Shown here piece by piece: positions 34,522 through 45,404 of a DNA stretch of 64,000 bases. The notes beneath the pieces were generated by a model. That model ran no database searches. It was not told the DNA's origin and saw only the letters and a program-made list of their open reading frames with translations. The stretch's first letter is position 1. Each line of letters starts with the position of its first letter. The translations under genes and the position numbers were made by a program. Source of the stretch: a virus (taxonomy: Duplodnaviria > Caudoviricetes); the IMG/VR virus record IMGVR_UViG_3300032257_000006, positions 1 to 64,000 of that record; one strand, given 5' to 3'.

Positions 34522-34863
34522 ATGCCAATGTTAGAAAAACAATTAGGACAAGGTAGGTTTAATAATACTTCTAACCTTAATGTTGTTTATACAGTACCGC
34601 CACTAACAACTGCCGGTATTACTGCAGTTCATATGTGCAACACCACAAATTCCGATGTGACAGTTAGGCTAATGTATCCACCATCTGGCGGCATAGCTGA
34701 TGAAACTACTGCAATACTGTGGGACTTTACGATCCCTGCAAATGATTACCATTCATTCAGCCCAGCCAAGCCGCACTATATAGAAGCAGGAGGCGGAGTT
34801 GTTTTTCAGAACAGCGTAGCTAATGCGATAACAGTAACAGCTAGTGGGGTTGAATTAACATAA
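34522..34863 (+). CDS. Putative virion protein (beta-rich)
   Basis: 113 aa, VYTVP...CNTTNSDVTVRL. Confidence 0.6.
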   Translation: MPMLEKQLGQGRFNNTSNLNVVYTVPPLTTAGITAVHMCNTTNSDVTVRLMYPPSGGIADETTAILWDFTIPANDYHSFSPAKPHYIEAGGGVVFQNSVANAITVTASGVELT

Positions 34864-35219
34864 TGGTTATTGAGCGAGAAGGTAGAAAATTTTATGTCAG
34901 TGATGCAGCCACAAGCTTAGACGAAAATGGTGTATGGCAAGGTATCAGTGCAGCTAGTCTAATCCCATACACACTCTATGAGCGATATGGCGTTACTGCT
35001 ACGTTTCAAATGCTGGTTGATGAAATTGCAGAGCTTCAAATTAAAGTAGACGAAGATAAAGCTGAGATAGACAGAGTTGCTACTAAGTTTAGAAGTGAAG
35101 CAGACTCGGATGTAAAAGACGCGCTTGAGGCCAAGTTAGAAAAGATGGCCGATGACTCCATGCCAGTGCTTATGGAACACTCTGAATTGAAGTCAATATA
35201 TAAAGAGTTGACTGCGTAA
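34863..35219 (+). CDS. Hypothetical protein
   Basis: 118-aa ORF. Confidence 0.7.
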   Translation: MVIEREGRKFYVSDAATSLDENGVWQGISAASLIPYTLYERYGVTATFQMLVDEIAELQIKVDEDKAEIDRVATKFRSEADSDVKDALEAKLEKMADDSMPVLMEHSELKSIYKELTA

Positions 35220-37372
35220 TGGCCGTTACATATGGCGCAAGTATAGAACTACAAAGAGCGTATAAGTATGTTGCGTTAACTGACACCTACACTTTACTTG
35301 GTGGAATTAATGCTACAGAAAATATAGATTACTTTCCTGACTCTGGTGTAGCAGTTGGCGATGCTATAATGTTTGGGAGCCAATCAAATAGTTGTAGGCA
35401 ATTCTATCAACTTAATTTTAATATACTAACGCCAATATCCGCAGTTGGCTTTGATGGCGTTTGGGAATACGCAAGGCGCGATGGTGGGAACTACACTACA
35501 CCAACGTGGCATACTCTAGAAAATGTTTATGACGGTACAAACAAGTTTCAAAATGCTGGAAATATGGCTGTATCTTTCAAAGTGCCTAGAGATTGGGAGA
35601 ACTACATTTACCCAAACGCTTCGACAATCTACTATGCTTTCTGGGTACGCTTTAGAGTAACTGCAATAACATCTATAACAGAGGGAGGGAAACAGGGCTC
35701 CGTGCCTATAACCTGTATGCACCACTGTTTGACTATTACGTCTGCATATACATTAGATACTTTATATGCGGCACTGAACTCAACTGTATACAATATTGCA
35801 AGTGGGTTCAGTACTGCATTAGATCCACTACCACTAGCACCACAAAGAGAAATGCGGGCCGGTGACAATAAAACGCTAGGTGGCGACTCTAAAAATATAT
35901 ATATATTTACTTATGCTCAAACTATGGCAACGGCCACAGTTAGGATTACTGGACTAGACTTAGATGGTAATGTGATAACTGAAGATGTAGTCCTAGTTCT
36001 ACCCACAGGGACAAAATCCTATTTGACAAAAGTTTATGCAGATATAACAACAGTACAACTCGTTACATGGTCAGCGGCAGGAATGGTTCTCTGGATACTC
36101 GAGCAAAAAGGTTCTTACCTTATGTATAAGCAGGGGCGGCAATATATGATTGACGCTAATCTACAATCAACATCAATTGGCGCACTCTCAGATACAAGCA
36201 AGCAATTATATTTTAATAGTGGTTACGGCATATTTGATTTTGTAGGACTTATGACTTTTGGAGAGGTTACAGCAGGTGGACGTGGCTATAATGGCGTAGA
36301 TATTTTACATGAGTCTATAAACAATTCTATAGTAACTGCTGGAAGTTGGGGCAAACAAGACAGCGCATTTATGGGTTCGACTTGCCGCGTTGCACTAGGA
36401 GGAGCTAGTTCTCATGGGTATTGGCAACCTCCTGGGCTAGGGTCAAGAATAAAACTTAATGACTTCTACTCAGAAGGAAATAGACAAAATAATTGGGCAT
36501 ATAAAGATACTATAGCAGTTAATACAAGGCACTATAAGCAGCATGGTGAACCTTATTTTTCAATACTAGATGGTCTAACCAACTACGGCCCTGGGATAGG
36601 TTGGAGGGCATCATCTCACTCAGGACATATACTTCATCGCTGTGACTTCAGTGGTGTTGAAGATGCAACAGTTAACCCGTGGCAACCAGTAGGTGATGGA
36701 TGGCATTGTAAGCTAGTAGATTCTAAATGGGGAACAGCCAAGTCAGAGCCTTATCAAATAGCATGGAGACACGCATCAGTAGAAACAAACCACCATGTAG
36801 ATAGAACTATTTCAGCAGAGATAAGGGTAACTGATCCGCATGGGACTCCACTCGACTTTGCACATGTAGTAATCACCAATGTGTTTGGCGATGTGGTGCT
36901 AGATGCGATATCAAATGTAGATGGCTATGTAGGCATGGATGGAGGCATTGCTACGAGTGGTACTACTACTTCACTAGTAGATACTTCTAAGTCTTGGCTT
37001 GTTGACCTTAACAGACCAGATTTAGATGAATGGTGGAAGCGTGAGATATTAATCACTGGCGGTACTGGTGCAGGCCAACGAAGAATTTGTCAGTACAACC
37101 ACTCATCTACAAATCAAAAGCCTCACATTGATTTTGAAACTGCGCCGGATAACACCAGTAGATACATAATAGTGCCGTACATCGACATTGTTATATACTC
37201 ACCGATTACTTATGAAACAGGCTACACGATTGGAAACGCCGATCCTCAAGGGCCGTTTAAGTTCAAAGTAACTTGCTCGGGCTATGAGACATTTGAAGAA
37301 ACATTAGATATTGGCGATGGGGCTATGATAAAAGATATACCAATGAAGCCACGAAGACAGCCTAACAGGTAA
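35219..37372 (+). CDS. Large beta-rich putative virion accessory/fibre protein
   Basis: 717 aa rich in T/G/Y/W; SGTTTSLVD...ITGGTGAGQRRI motif; C-terminal carboxypeptidase-regulatory-like Ig pattern. Confidence 0.6.
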   Translation: MAVTYGASIELQRAYKYVALTDTYTLLGGINATENIDYFPDSGVAVGDAIMFGSQSNSCRQFYQLNFNILTPISAVGFDGVWEYARRDGGNYTTPTWHTLENVYDGTNKFQNAGNMAVSFKVPRDWENYIYPNASTIYYAFWVRFRVTAITSITEGGKQGSVPITCMHHCLTITSAYTLDTLYAALNSTVYNIASGFSTALDPLPLAPQREMRAGDNKTLGGDSKNIYIFTYAQTMATATVRITGLDLDGNVITEDVVLVLPTGTKSYLTKVYADITTVQLVTWSAAGMVLWILEQKGSYLMYKQGRQYMIDANLQSTSIGALSDTSKQLYFNSGYGIFDFVGLMTFGEVTAGGRGYNGVDILHESINNSIVTAGSWGKQDSAFMGSTCRVALGGASSHGYWQPPGLGSRIKLNDFYSEGNRQNNWAYKDTIAVNTRHYKQHGEPYFSILDGLTNYGPGIGWRASSHSGHILHRCDFSGVEDATVNPWQPVGDGWHCKLVDSKWGTAKSEPYQIAWRHASVETNHHVDRTISAEIRVTDPHGTPLDFAHVVITNVFGDVVLDAISNVDGYVGMDGGIATSGTTTSLVDTSKSWLVDLNRPDLDEWWKREILITGGTGAGQRRICQYNHSSTNQKPHIDFETAPDNTSRYIIVPYIDIVIYSPITYETGYTIGNADPQGPFKFKVTCSGYETFEETLDIGDGAMIKDIPMKPRRQPNR

Positions 37373-37376
37373 CCCA

Positions 37377-38090
37377 ATGACTACACAGATACAACTCAAC
37401 GATACAGAAAAGCTACTGGTCACTGCAATAGATGCAGACGGTAACTTTTTAACTGGACTGTCAGATGTGCTGCTAACAATAAAAAGAAAATCAGATGGAG
37501 CCTATTTAGACTTTAGTGACAACACATTCAAGACTTTAGGACTTGTTAATGTATCTGTAGTTATGGCTGAAACAGATGTCGCATTATTTCCAGGCAGTTA
37601 CTTTTATGACTTTGATACTACCGGACTACCAGTAGATACTTATTTTATGCGAGCTACTTCAGTCACAGCTGCCAATATGCCGCAAGAAGGAGATTTGCAG
37701 GTAGTTAATCTAAATCTACAGTTAGCTGACATCAGTACGGTAGTAGACAATAACAACACTACAGTAACGCAGGCAGTAGCAGACATTTCAATTGTAGATT
37801 CTAAGCTAGACGCTACTTCTGCAGATGTAACAACCGTAATAGCACAAGGCGTTTCAACTGATACAAAGGTAAGCGCTATTGCAACTGATGTAGACAGTGT
37901 AGCTTTACAAGTAGCTGCAGTAGAGTCAGAAGTCGATGGCACAAAAATCCAAATAGATGAACTACACAAACTTCAAGGCCTTGATACAGTAAGTCCACTC
38001 ACTGTGACACCTACATCCAGAACGGCGGGTACAATAGCCCAGACGATCACTGGAGACGGAGAAACTACAAGCACGGTAACTAGAACATGA
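37377..38090 (+). CDS. Putative virion protein (Ig-like + coiled coil)
   Basis: 237 aa; heptad-like V/D/T-rich middle. Confidence 0.6.
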   Translation: MTTQIQLNDTEKLLVTAIDADGNFLTGLSDVLLTIKRKSDGAYLDFSDNTFKTLGLVNVSVVMAETDVALFPGSYFYDFDTTGLPVDTYFMRATSVTAANMPQEGDLQVVNLNLQLADISTVVDNNNTTVTQAVADISIVDSKLDATSADVTTVIAQGVSTDTKVSAIATDVDSVALQVAAVESEVDGTKIQIDELHKLQGLDTVSPLTVTPTSRTAGTIAQTITGDGETTSTVTRT

Positions 38091-38260
38091 TCTCCCCTAT
38101 AGCTGTAGTAACTGAAGGCCTTATAAATAGATCACCGCTGGCGATGACAACCAACGGATTTTTAGGTACCGGAGAGATAGTAATAAAAATAATCAACAAG
38201 ACAGTAATTAGATATACTGTCTGCCTAATGAAAGTATTTAGGAAGACCGTTGAAAGTTAG
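38087..38260 (+). CDS. Small hypothetical protein (57 aa)
   Basis: Hand-translated MISPIAVVTEGLINRSPLAMTTNGFLG..., ATGA overlap. Confidence 0.6.
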   Translation: MISPIAVVTEGLINRSPLAMTTNGFLGTGEIVIKIINKTVIRYTVCLMKVFRKTVES

Positions 38261-38408
38261 AACATTTGCATTTACTACACCACTGATGAAAGAATTGTCT
38301 GTGGCCAAGGCTCGAGTAAAAGAGATTGCGATACCTGCAGTTGCTGCCATGGAATTAAAGGCAGAGACCCTTATAACCAAACAAATAGTACATGAGGTTA
38401 AGATATGA
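38250..38408 (+). CDS. Small hypothetical protein (52 aa, TTG start)
   Basis: MKVRTFAFTTPLMKEL..., fills the gap, ATGA overlap downstream. Confidence 0.5.
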   Translation: MKVRTFAFTTPLMKELSVAKARVKEIAIPAVAAMELKAETLITKQIVHEVKI

Positions 38409-38710
38409 CGTGCACTGCATTTGTCGGCCAGACACTACGGGTAGAATTTACGGTAGTTGATCAGGATAATGCGATAGTAGACCTGTCAACAGCAGATACT
38501 ATTTCGCTTATATTTAAGAAGCCTAACGGCAGCAAAGATACTAAAGTAGCCAGCATGGTAACGGACGGCACTGACGGCAAGATGGAATATACAACAGCTG
38601 TAACTGATCTGGATGCTGCAGGCTTATGGAAGATACAAGGCCTTGTGACCGAAGCAGGCGGCGTGTACCCGACATGCATAGAAGAACTGCAAGTAGCTGC
38701 CAGAGTATAG
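38405..38710 (+). CDS. BppU-N-terminal-like beta-sandwich protein
   Basis: VGQTLRVEFTV...VDLSTA...FKKPNG...DGKMEY...DLDAAGLWKIQ. Confidence 0.65.
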   Translation: MTCTAFVGQTLRVEFTVVDQDNAIVDLSTADTISLIFKKPNGSKDTKVASMVTDGTDGKMEYTTAVTDLDAAGLWKIQGLVTEAGGVYPTCIEELQVAARV

Positions 38711-38738
38711 AAAACATTGCAATAACTCTTTTAACGAG

Positions 38739-38773
38739 GTTAAATAGGCCCAACCATCAAAGGCCTATTTAAC
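38739..38773. other. 12-bp inverted repeat upstream of the portal gene
   Basis: GTTAAATAGGCC-N11-GGCCTATTTAAC. Confidence 0.6.
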
Positions 38774-38794
38774 TGATGAATTATAGAATCCATA

Positions 38795-40255
38795 ATGATT
38801 AGTTTTACTAATAAGCAAGTAGTACTGCCAAGAACCTTAGCTGGTAAGACAAAATCTCGTCCGGCTTATGCCTCTGTTGGTAAAGGCGACACGGTAATAA
38901 ACCCGAACGATACATATCGTCAAGTATCTATTCAGGAACTACGTAACCGCAATCAGTTAATCCCAGCCCTTAGACAGCTTAGCCAGGAAGATGGGAATTT
39001 TTCTTCAGCTATATTCAATATGGTTCAGGTAGCGAACTCAGGCTACAAGATAAAAGCTTATACCACCGGCACAAATGAATACAGCCAAGACGGCGTTGAC
39101 GCAGCTACATCAGTCATGGCCACCATCGATACACTCTACGACTACACCAAAAAATACCGAGACAAACAAACAGTAAATGCGGTTATCGAGACGTTGCTCC
39201 GAGAAACTGCACTTACGTCAGGTTGTGGCTTAGAGCTTATTTTGGACCAAGCACGTCTACCTGACAAACTTCAGCCAGTTAACTACGGTACGATCGAGTG
39301 GGTATCTGATGGCTTTGGTGGACGTTATCCTCAGCAGAAAAACCCCGAAGGCGGCGATCCAATCGACTTGAACATCTCTACGTTCTGGGTCGGAGAACTG
39401 CACAAAGAAGCTGACAGCGCTTACGCGGTACCGATGATGAAAGCTGCGATGAACATGATCTATTACTATGACGAGTTCATTGAAGAGATGCGCCGTACGG
39501 TACGTAAGTCTGGCCATGGCAGATTGGTAGTGTCGTTAAACGCTGAGAAGGTTAGAGACTCTGCAGCAGCAGATGTAAAAAGTGATCCAGCAAAACTAAG
39601 CGCGTACATGAACGCGGTCAAGGCTGACGTCGAGTCATCTCTATCTAATTTAGAGCCCGAAGATTCTGTAGTTTCTTATGATTCTGCTGAGTTTGATACG
39701 CACAACCCTGTAGGCTCCAAGTCAGACTACGCACCGATGATGAAGACATTGGCAGGTATGACTGCTACCAGTATGAAGACACATCCATCAGTTATCGGCA
39801 TGCGTATGGAAGGAAGCCAAAGCCTTTCAAATACAGAATCACTGGTCTACCTTAAGGTAGCAAAATCCATCCAAGGACCGCCACAAGATGTGCTGAGCAG
39901 GGCGCTAACTTTGGCTGTACGCTTGCTTGGGCAGGATGTTTACGTTAAATTTGAATTTAATGATATAAACTTACGCCCTGAGGACGAGTTGGAAGCATTC
40001 AAGACAATGAAACAGACCAATGTTCTCAACCTACTGTCACTAGGCATGATTACAGACGCACAAGCCTACAGTGACCTAGGACTGCCTTTCAACAGAGACG
40101 CTCCAGAGTTGAGCGGTACAGGATTCTACGACTCAGGGGCTAGCGGCGGAGCCGGTAACGAAGACGATGCACCTACACCAAACGATGATCCTATGGGTCG
40201 ATCTTTACAACCTGATAACAAAGCACCCAGAAAAGGCGGCGGAAAAAGTCAATGA
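38795..40255 (+). CDS. Portal protein
   Basis: 486 aa directly before the head protease; size and position typical; acidic low-complexity C-terminus. Confidence 0.75.
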   Translation: MISFTNKQVVLPRTLAGKTKSRPAYASVGKGDTVINPNDTYRQVSIQELRNRNQLIPALRQLSQEDGNFSSAIFNMVQVANSGYKIKAYTTGTNEYSQDGVDAATSVMATIDTLYDYTKKYRDKQTVNAVIETLLRETALTSGCGLELILDQARLPDKLQPVNYGTIEWVSDGFGGRYPQQKNPEGGDPIDLNISTFWVGELHKEADSAYAVPMMKAAMNMIYYYDEFIEEMRRTVRKSGHGRLVVSLNAEKVRDSAAADVKSDPAKLSAYMNAVKADVESSLSNLEPEDSVVSYDSAEFDTHNPVGSKSDYAPMMKTLAGMTATSMKTHPSVIGMRMEGSQSLSNTESLVYLKVAKSIQGPPQDVLSRALTLAVRLLGQDVYVKFEFNDINLRPEDELEAFKTMKQTNVLNLLSLGMITDAQAYSDLGLPFNRDAPELSGTGFYDSGASGGAGNEDDAPTPNDDPMGRSLQPDNKAPRKGGGKSQ

Positions 40256-41931
40256 GCATATTCACTAATAAATTTTGGTTAGGTGACCTTAACAGCTTTG
40301 AAACTATCTTAAAGATGGAAGAGGCTGTTCAGGCAAGAGTCGCTAAGTCACTAGAGACAGGTGAGAAGTTTGACCTGTATGCTGGCTACGAATCAGAAGA
40401 TGACGAAGAGCGTGAGTACCAAGTTTCAAACGGTATCGCTATCATCCCTGTAGTAGGCGATCTGGTAACCAAAGAAACGTGGATCACTCGTATGTTTGGC
40501 ATGCCGTCATATGACGGCATTAAGCGCATGCTGAATGACGCTGCAGCCGACGAATCTGTAACTAGAATTGTTATGGACTTCAATACGCCAGGCGGTTCAT
40601 CTGAAGGCATCGATGAAGTAGGTTTACTTATCGGTGACATAGACGACAACATTAAGCCGGTACATGGCTATACATCTGGATCTGCGAACTCTGCAGGTTA
40701 CTGGCTGATCTCATCATGTCGTGATGTTACGTGTACGAAGATGGCAAGACTAGGTTCTATTGGTGTGGTAACTATCCACCAAGAAATATCTAAAATGCTT
40801 AAGGAACGTGGTATCGAAGTTACAGTGTTCCGTGACGGCGAACACAAAGCTAAACCAAATATGTATGAGAAGCTAGATGAAGATACGCGCAACCGCGTAG
40901 AAGCTAGCCTCAAAATTTTAGGCAACTTCTTCTTAGATCACGTAGCAGCTCAGCGTGGATTTAGTCGTGAAACAGTTCGCGCAGATGTTGGCGAAGGTCG
41001 TGTATTCTTCGGTGAAGAAGCCGTAGAGATCGGCCTTGCAGACCGCATCATGTTCTTTGATGATTTTCTTAAGAAACTTTCTCTGCTAGACTCTATTGAC
41101 GTTGATCAGAACAACATGTCCAGAATGGTCAGTTTTACTTCAGGAGACGCACCTAGTGTACAGCTTAATGTCTCAGGAGCAATTACATCACATATGATGG
41201 ACAGTGTAGTTATACCGGCCATAGAGGCTAGTTTGAACGGCACGGATGTAATTGCATCCGGTCACGATTTACCAACCGAGGATATTGATATGTCAGCAGC
41301 TAATGCTAAAGATAAGCCCAGCAATACTGCTGGCAAAAAGATCCAAACTGCCAACGGCGAGCTAACGCTCGAGCAAGCGCAAGCTTCAGTAGAGTTAGGC
41401 ACGTTGGAATTGACCGATGAATTGAAACTGGCTATGGCAGCAGTTCAAGAACCTGAAAGTGCAGTCGACGAAGATGCGGCTGACATCGGTACAGATACGG
41501 AATTAAATACAGAAGAAGACAGTGCTGATCTTTCTTCTGAGACACCAGCAGACACCAAAGGAGGTGATCCGGTAGTTCTTCACATTCAAGGTCAATTGAA
41601 TGATCAAATCTCAGCTAACGCAACACAAGCGATTGAGTTAGAGACGGTTAAGGCCAAGTTGTCCAGCCAGGACGACACCGTAAAAGCCCTATCTGCAATC
41701 GCCATGAACTCTTGTCAAAAGATGAACATCGCCATGGGTGGAGCACAGATTGATCTGTCATCTATGGATACGGCAACACTGCTTGCTCATCACAACACAT
41801 TGTCAGAGCAGTTCACTAAAGCATTCAATGTTGGCGGCGTAGCCGCTGTTGAAACGACTAAAGAACATGCAGAGGATCGACCTGAACAAATGGTTGCACC
41901 TTTGAACACCGTATCATTTACTACTAAATAA
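40252..41931 (+). CDS. S49 (SppA/ClpP-class) prohead protease with a scaffold-like C-terminus
   Basis: IVMDFNTPGG, ANSAGYWL, GSIGVV, GEHKAKPN, GLADRI; acidic C-terminal third. Confidence 0.9.
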   Translation: MSIFTNKFWLGDLNSFETILKMEEAVQARVAKSLETGEKFDLYAGYESEDDEEREYQVSNGIAIIPVVGDLVTKETWITRMFGMPSYDGIKRMLNDAAADESVTRIVMDFNTPGGSSEGIDEVGLLIGDIDDNIKPVHGYTSGSANSAGYWLISSCRDVTCTKMARLGSIGVVTIHQEISKMLKERGIEVTVFRDGEHKAKPNMYEKLDEDTRNRVEASLKILGNFFLDHVAAQRGFSRETVRADVGEGRVFFGEEAVEIGLADRIMFFDDFLKKLSLLDSIDVDQNNMSRMVSFTSGDAPSVQLNVSGAITSHMMDSVVIPAIEASLNGTDVIASGHDLPTEDIDMSAANAKDKPSNTAGKKIQTANGELTLEQAQASVELGTLELTDELKLAMAAVQEPESAVDEDAADIGTDTELNTEEDSADLSSETPADTKGGDPVVLHIQGQLNDQISANATQAIELETVKAKLSSQDDTVKALSAIAMNSCQKMNIAMGGAQIDLSSMDTATLLAHHNTLSEQFTKAFNVGGVAAVETTKEHAEDRPEQMVAPLNTVSFTTK

Positions 41932-41946
41932 TCGAGGGCATATAAA

Positions 41947-42390
41947 ATGCAATTCAAATTCGGAGAATTAACTCAGGAAAGTCCTGATATCGTATCTGCA
42001 GCTCTAGGCGTTTCTGCAGGCACTAAATTAACAGCTAACGATCTTGGCAAAGCGGTTAAGCTTGCTGGTGATGACAACTACGTGTTGTGTGCTAACGGTG
42101 ACGACATCGCTGGTACTGTAGCTTCAATCAACCCAGATACTGTAAACGATGGTTTTGCTTTCGGTTCGGTTAATAAAGATGGTCGTCGTATCGCAACTGT
42201 TGATGCAGCTGAGGTAGATGCATTAGTTGTTGGCGAGACAGTAGTTGCTGGTACTCAGACAGCTATCGACACAGCTGGTGGCCTTGTTGCTACAGCAGGC
42301 GCTGGTGCACTTATTAAGTGGCAAGTAATCAGCATCCTTACAGGTACTGGCGTAGCCGGTGATACTGTTTTAATCGAACGTGTTAAGTAA
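41947..42390 (+). CDS. Head decoration / capsid cement protein
   Basis: 147 aa, Gly/Ala-rich, between protease and capsid. Confidence 0.65.
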   Translation: MQFKFGELTQESPDIVSAALGVSAGTKLTANDLGKAVKLAGDDNYVLCANGDDIAGTVASINPDTVNDGFAFGSVNKDGRRIATVDAAEVDALVVGETVVAGTQTAIDTAGGLVATAGAGALIKWQVISILTGTGVAGDTVLIERVK

Positions 42391-42426
42391 TAGCGTTTAA
42401 AATCTAATACCTCTTAGGGGAAAACA

Positions 42427-43620
42427 ATGAACGAAAACGAAGGTAAATTTTCTTTTGTAGGCAAAGATGGTAAGCGCACAGAAGCTACGCTTAGCACTCA
42501 CGACTACAAAGCAGCAGCCGACAAAGGCATCTCATTATCACAGCACCTACAACAGACTCATGGTATGAACACTGATGTAGAGAAGAACGGTACTGTTCTT
42601 CAGCAGATGATGGCCTCTTCTGGCATGTTCTTAAACTCTGACAACATGACTGGCCTTAAGCCGCCAAGCATGAAGGACGTACTTGAAGGTTCTGTAGACT
42701 TCAATATGGGTGCTATCACTCGTCCTGAAGACAACCAAGGTGCAGGCGCTCGCTTGTTATTCCCTGAAGTTGTTATGCAGGTTATTGAGTCTGAGCTACG
42801 TACAGACTACGGTGACTTCCTAGGTACTTGGAACAACATGATTGCACAGACGCAGACTATCTCGGGTCCTAAGTTTGAGCAGCCAATTGTTAACATCAAG
42901 GCACCTGAAGGTTCACGTAATCAACCTGTTGCACAGCTAGCTGAGCCAGGCGTAATGGTTGGTATCACAACCTCTGATGTTTCTCGTCGTATTTCTACTA
43001 AAGCTATCGGCTTAACGATTTCTGATGAAGCACTTCAGGCAACTACGCTTGACCTAGTTAATTTGATTGTTGGTGCTCAAGCTCGTCAAGAGCGTGTATC
43101 AGTAGTTGAAGGTGACATCTCTGCAATGATCGACGGTGATGTAGATCGTAACGAAACTGCATTAGGTTCAGTACTAGGTTCATCTTTTGATGCCGCTGCT
43201 ACTGGCGGTGTAATGACTCACAAAGCGTGGATCAAGTACTTACGTGCTAACTACCGCAAGATGACTATCGATTATATCCTAGCGGACATCGATACAGCTC
43301 TAGCGATTGAAGGTCGTACTGGTAAGCCAACTCGTGACGTTGTTGATGACAGCGGTAGTGAATTCAGCATGGCATTCAGTATCGAGAACCTAGGCATCAA
43401 AGCACCTAAGATCTTGCTAGTTGATACAGCTATCATCGGTGCAAACACTGTTGTTGGTATCGATAGCCGCGCAGCAGTTCGCCGTGTAATCAATGCATCT
43501 GCATCTTACTCAGCAATTGAGCAGTTCGTTCTACGTAAAGCACAGTCAATGCGCTTTGACTATGGCGAAATGTCTCACAAGCTTTATGGTGATGCATGGT
43601 CTAAGATGACATTCGCTTAA
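42427..43620 (+). CDS. Major capsid protein
   Basis: 397 aa, strongly biased codons, followed by a terminator; positional. Confidence 0.8.
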   Translation: MNENEGKFSFVGKDGKRTEATLSTHDYKAAADKGISLSQHLQQTHGMNTDVEKNGTVLQQMMASSGMFLNSDNMTGLKPPSMKDVLEGSVDFNMGAITRPEDNQGAGARLLFPEVVMQVIESELRTDYGDFLGTWNNMIAQTQTISGPKFEQPIVNIKAPEGSRNQPVAQLAEPGVMVGITTSDVSRRISTKAIGLTISDEALQATTLDLVNLIVGAQARQERVSVVEGDISAMIDGDVDRNETALGSVLGSSFDAAATGGVMTHKAWIKYLRANYRKMTIDYILADIDTALAIEGRTGKPTRDVVDDSGSEFSMAFSIENLGIKAPKILLVDTAIIGANTVVGIDSRAAVRRVINASASYSAIEQFVLRKAQSMRFDYGEMSHKLYGDAWSKMTFA

Positions 43621-43637
43621 TCGCAAATGTTTGATTG

Positions 43638-43668
43638 ATAAAGCCGGAGGCTGTCTCCGGCTTTATTT
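43638..43668 (+). terminator. Intrinsic terminator after the capsid gene
   Basis: ATAAAGCCGGAG-GCTGT-CTCCGGCTTTAT then TT. Confidence 0.8.
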
Positions 43669-43687
43669 AAGTTACTGGAGAACTGAA

Positions 43688-44014
43688 ATGGGAAGTCCCA
43701 AGAATTCAAAAACAGCTAATACTAATAAAGTCGTAGCTGGGAAAGCAACAGCAGAAGGCACCGAAGGTAAGACCAAAACTGCTGTATCAGAAGAAGTAAA
43801 AGCGGAAACTAAAAAGATATTAGATGGTTACGCACAGGCTATCGAAGACTCGCAAATAGAAGGCGTTGTTACGCTCTTGAACATATGCGGTTACCCTAAG
43901 AACGACACTGAAAGCTCTATCACATTCAAGCCAAATGTACCGGTCAAAGGCGTCGAAATGAATGCATGGATGCGCGCACAAGTTAAAGCACGTATCTTAG
44001 CTGTAGTGAAGTAA
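43688..44014 (+). CDS. Hypothetical head-associated protein
   Basis: Start moved to ATG 43688 behind GGAG. Confidence 0.7.
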   Translation: MGSPKNSKTANTNKVVAGKATAEGTEGKTKTAVSEEVKAETKKILDGYAQAIEDSQIEGVVTLLNICGYPKNDTESSITFKPNVPVKGVEMNAWMRAQVKARILAVVK

Positions 44015-44015
44015 C

Positions 44016-44501
44016 ATGTCAGAAACTATACTAGGCACTGTGACCAGTACTGATCAAGTCAGATCTCTTTTAGGTATAACTGAAAGAGATCTTGGTGATG
44101 ATAAATTTGACCCTGTTCAGGTTGAGTTAGAGTTGTCTGTATATTTAGCAGAGAAAAGCATAGACTATGTTGCTATCACTGCTGCCGGAGAGGCTGGATC
44201 GCCTTCCGCCACTGAGACGACTCAGTACAATTATTTAAAGTTACTCTGCATGTACTATGCAGCAGTGCTTTTAGTCCCAAGACTCCGTTTAGCCGCTGTC
44301 CAGAAGGTTGGGGACGGCGACAATACAATGGAGCGCTTCTTAAATCCTAAATTTGAAACAACTGAAGAGACTTACAAATCTAAAGTTGCCACATACCTGA
44401 CAGCGCTTACCGACGAAGTCAGCGATACGACTACACAAACAGACGTACCTTCGTTATTTTCTGGTGTGGCACCGGCTTATGATCCCGTGACCGGAGGCTA
44501 G
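44016..44501 (+). CDS. Putative head-tail adaptor
   Basis: 161 aa, positional. Confidence 0.55.
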   Translation: MSETILGTVTSTDQVRSLLGITERDLGDDKFDPVQVELELSVYLAEKSIDYVAITAAGEAGSPSATETTQYNYLKLLCMYYAAVLLVPRLRLAAVQKVGDGDNTMERFLNPKFETTEETYKSKVATYLTALTDEVSDTTTQTDVPSLFSGVAPAYDPVTGG

Positions 44502-44504
44502 TCA

Positions 44505-45404
44505 GTGGAATTACGCCAAGCAGCTCACTACTTCGAGAAAGAAAAATTTTCCGTTTACGTACGCGAGAACGATGACTGGGATTTAGAAGAGATCGAAGGC
44601 CGGTTTTTACCTGTAGACAGATTCTTATCTAACTTCAGCAGACCATTGCACAGACGTATGTTTGTATGTGATGTTGATACTGTTATCCCACCATCAGGTA
44701 CGGTACGTTCTGAAGCCACTGGCGAGGTCTATGTGATTGGCCAAGGTCGCTTTGATGCATACAATAACAACCCTTACCAAGCAATGTACATGGCACATCT
44801 GGTTACCGGTGCTGCCGGCGGACTAGCTACCGTTACTCGGAGAGAAACTGAAGGCCCTGCCACAGATCCTGGCTATTTGGTAGAGACCGTACTCGGTAAG
44901 TACTACGTAGATCTAGAATTTAAATCGTCTACCAATGATACCGGCACCGTACAACAAACTATCGGCCAATACTTTTTGATGTGCCCGCCAGAGTGTCCGC
45001 TAGATAAGTGGGACAGCATTCACCTGAACGGCAGAGATTACGTAGTAGAGACTTCATACTTCGACTCTGGTATGCGCTTTGCTAAGGTAGAAAATACAAA
45101 CGATAACCGCGTAGATCTTCAATACCTGAAGACTACCGGCTTTTCGTATGACAGCGATCTTGGAGAGTCGGTTGACACTACTCAGTCGTACAATGTCTCC
45201 GGAACAGTTCACGACTATACCAAAACCTCTGTTGATTCTGACCGCGGATCAGAGAATGTATTCAAGGTCGTTATCGCAGCTAATCATATTGGATTTAACC
45301 CGACACCTAGAGAGTCTGTAATAGTGGACGGCGTGACACATATCATACTCAAGGTTACTCGAGACCCGCTAACTAAAGAATGGACATTGGTATGCCAGAC
45401 ATAA
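44505..45404 (+). CDS. Putative head closure/neck protein
   Basis: 299 aa, beta-rich, positional. Confidence 0.5.
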   Translation: MELRQAAHYFEKEKFSVYVRENDDWDLEEIEGRFLPVDRFLSNFSRPLHRRMFVCDVDTVIPPSGTVRSEATGEVYVIGQGRFDAYNNNPYQAMYMAHLVTGAAGGLATVTRRETEGPATDPGYLVETVLGKYYVDLEFKSSTNDTGTVQQTIGQYFLMCPPECPLDKWDSIHLNGRDYVVETSYFDSGMRFAKVENTNDNRVDLQYLKTTGFSYDSDLGESVDTTQSYNVSGTVHDYTKTSVDSDRGSENVFKVVIAANHIGFNPTPRESVIVDGVTHIILKVTRDPLTKEWTLVCQT

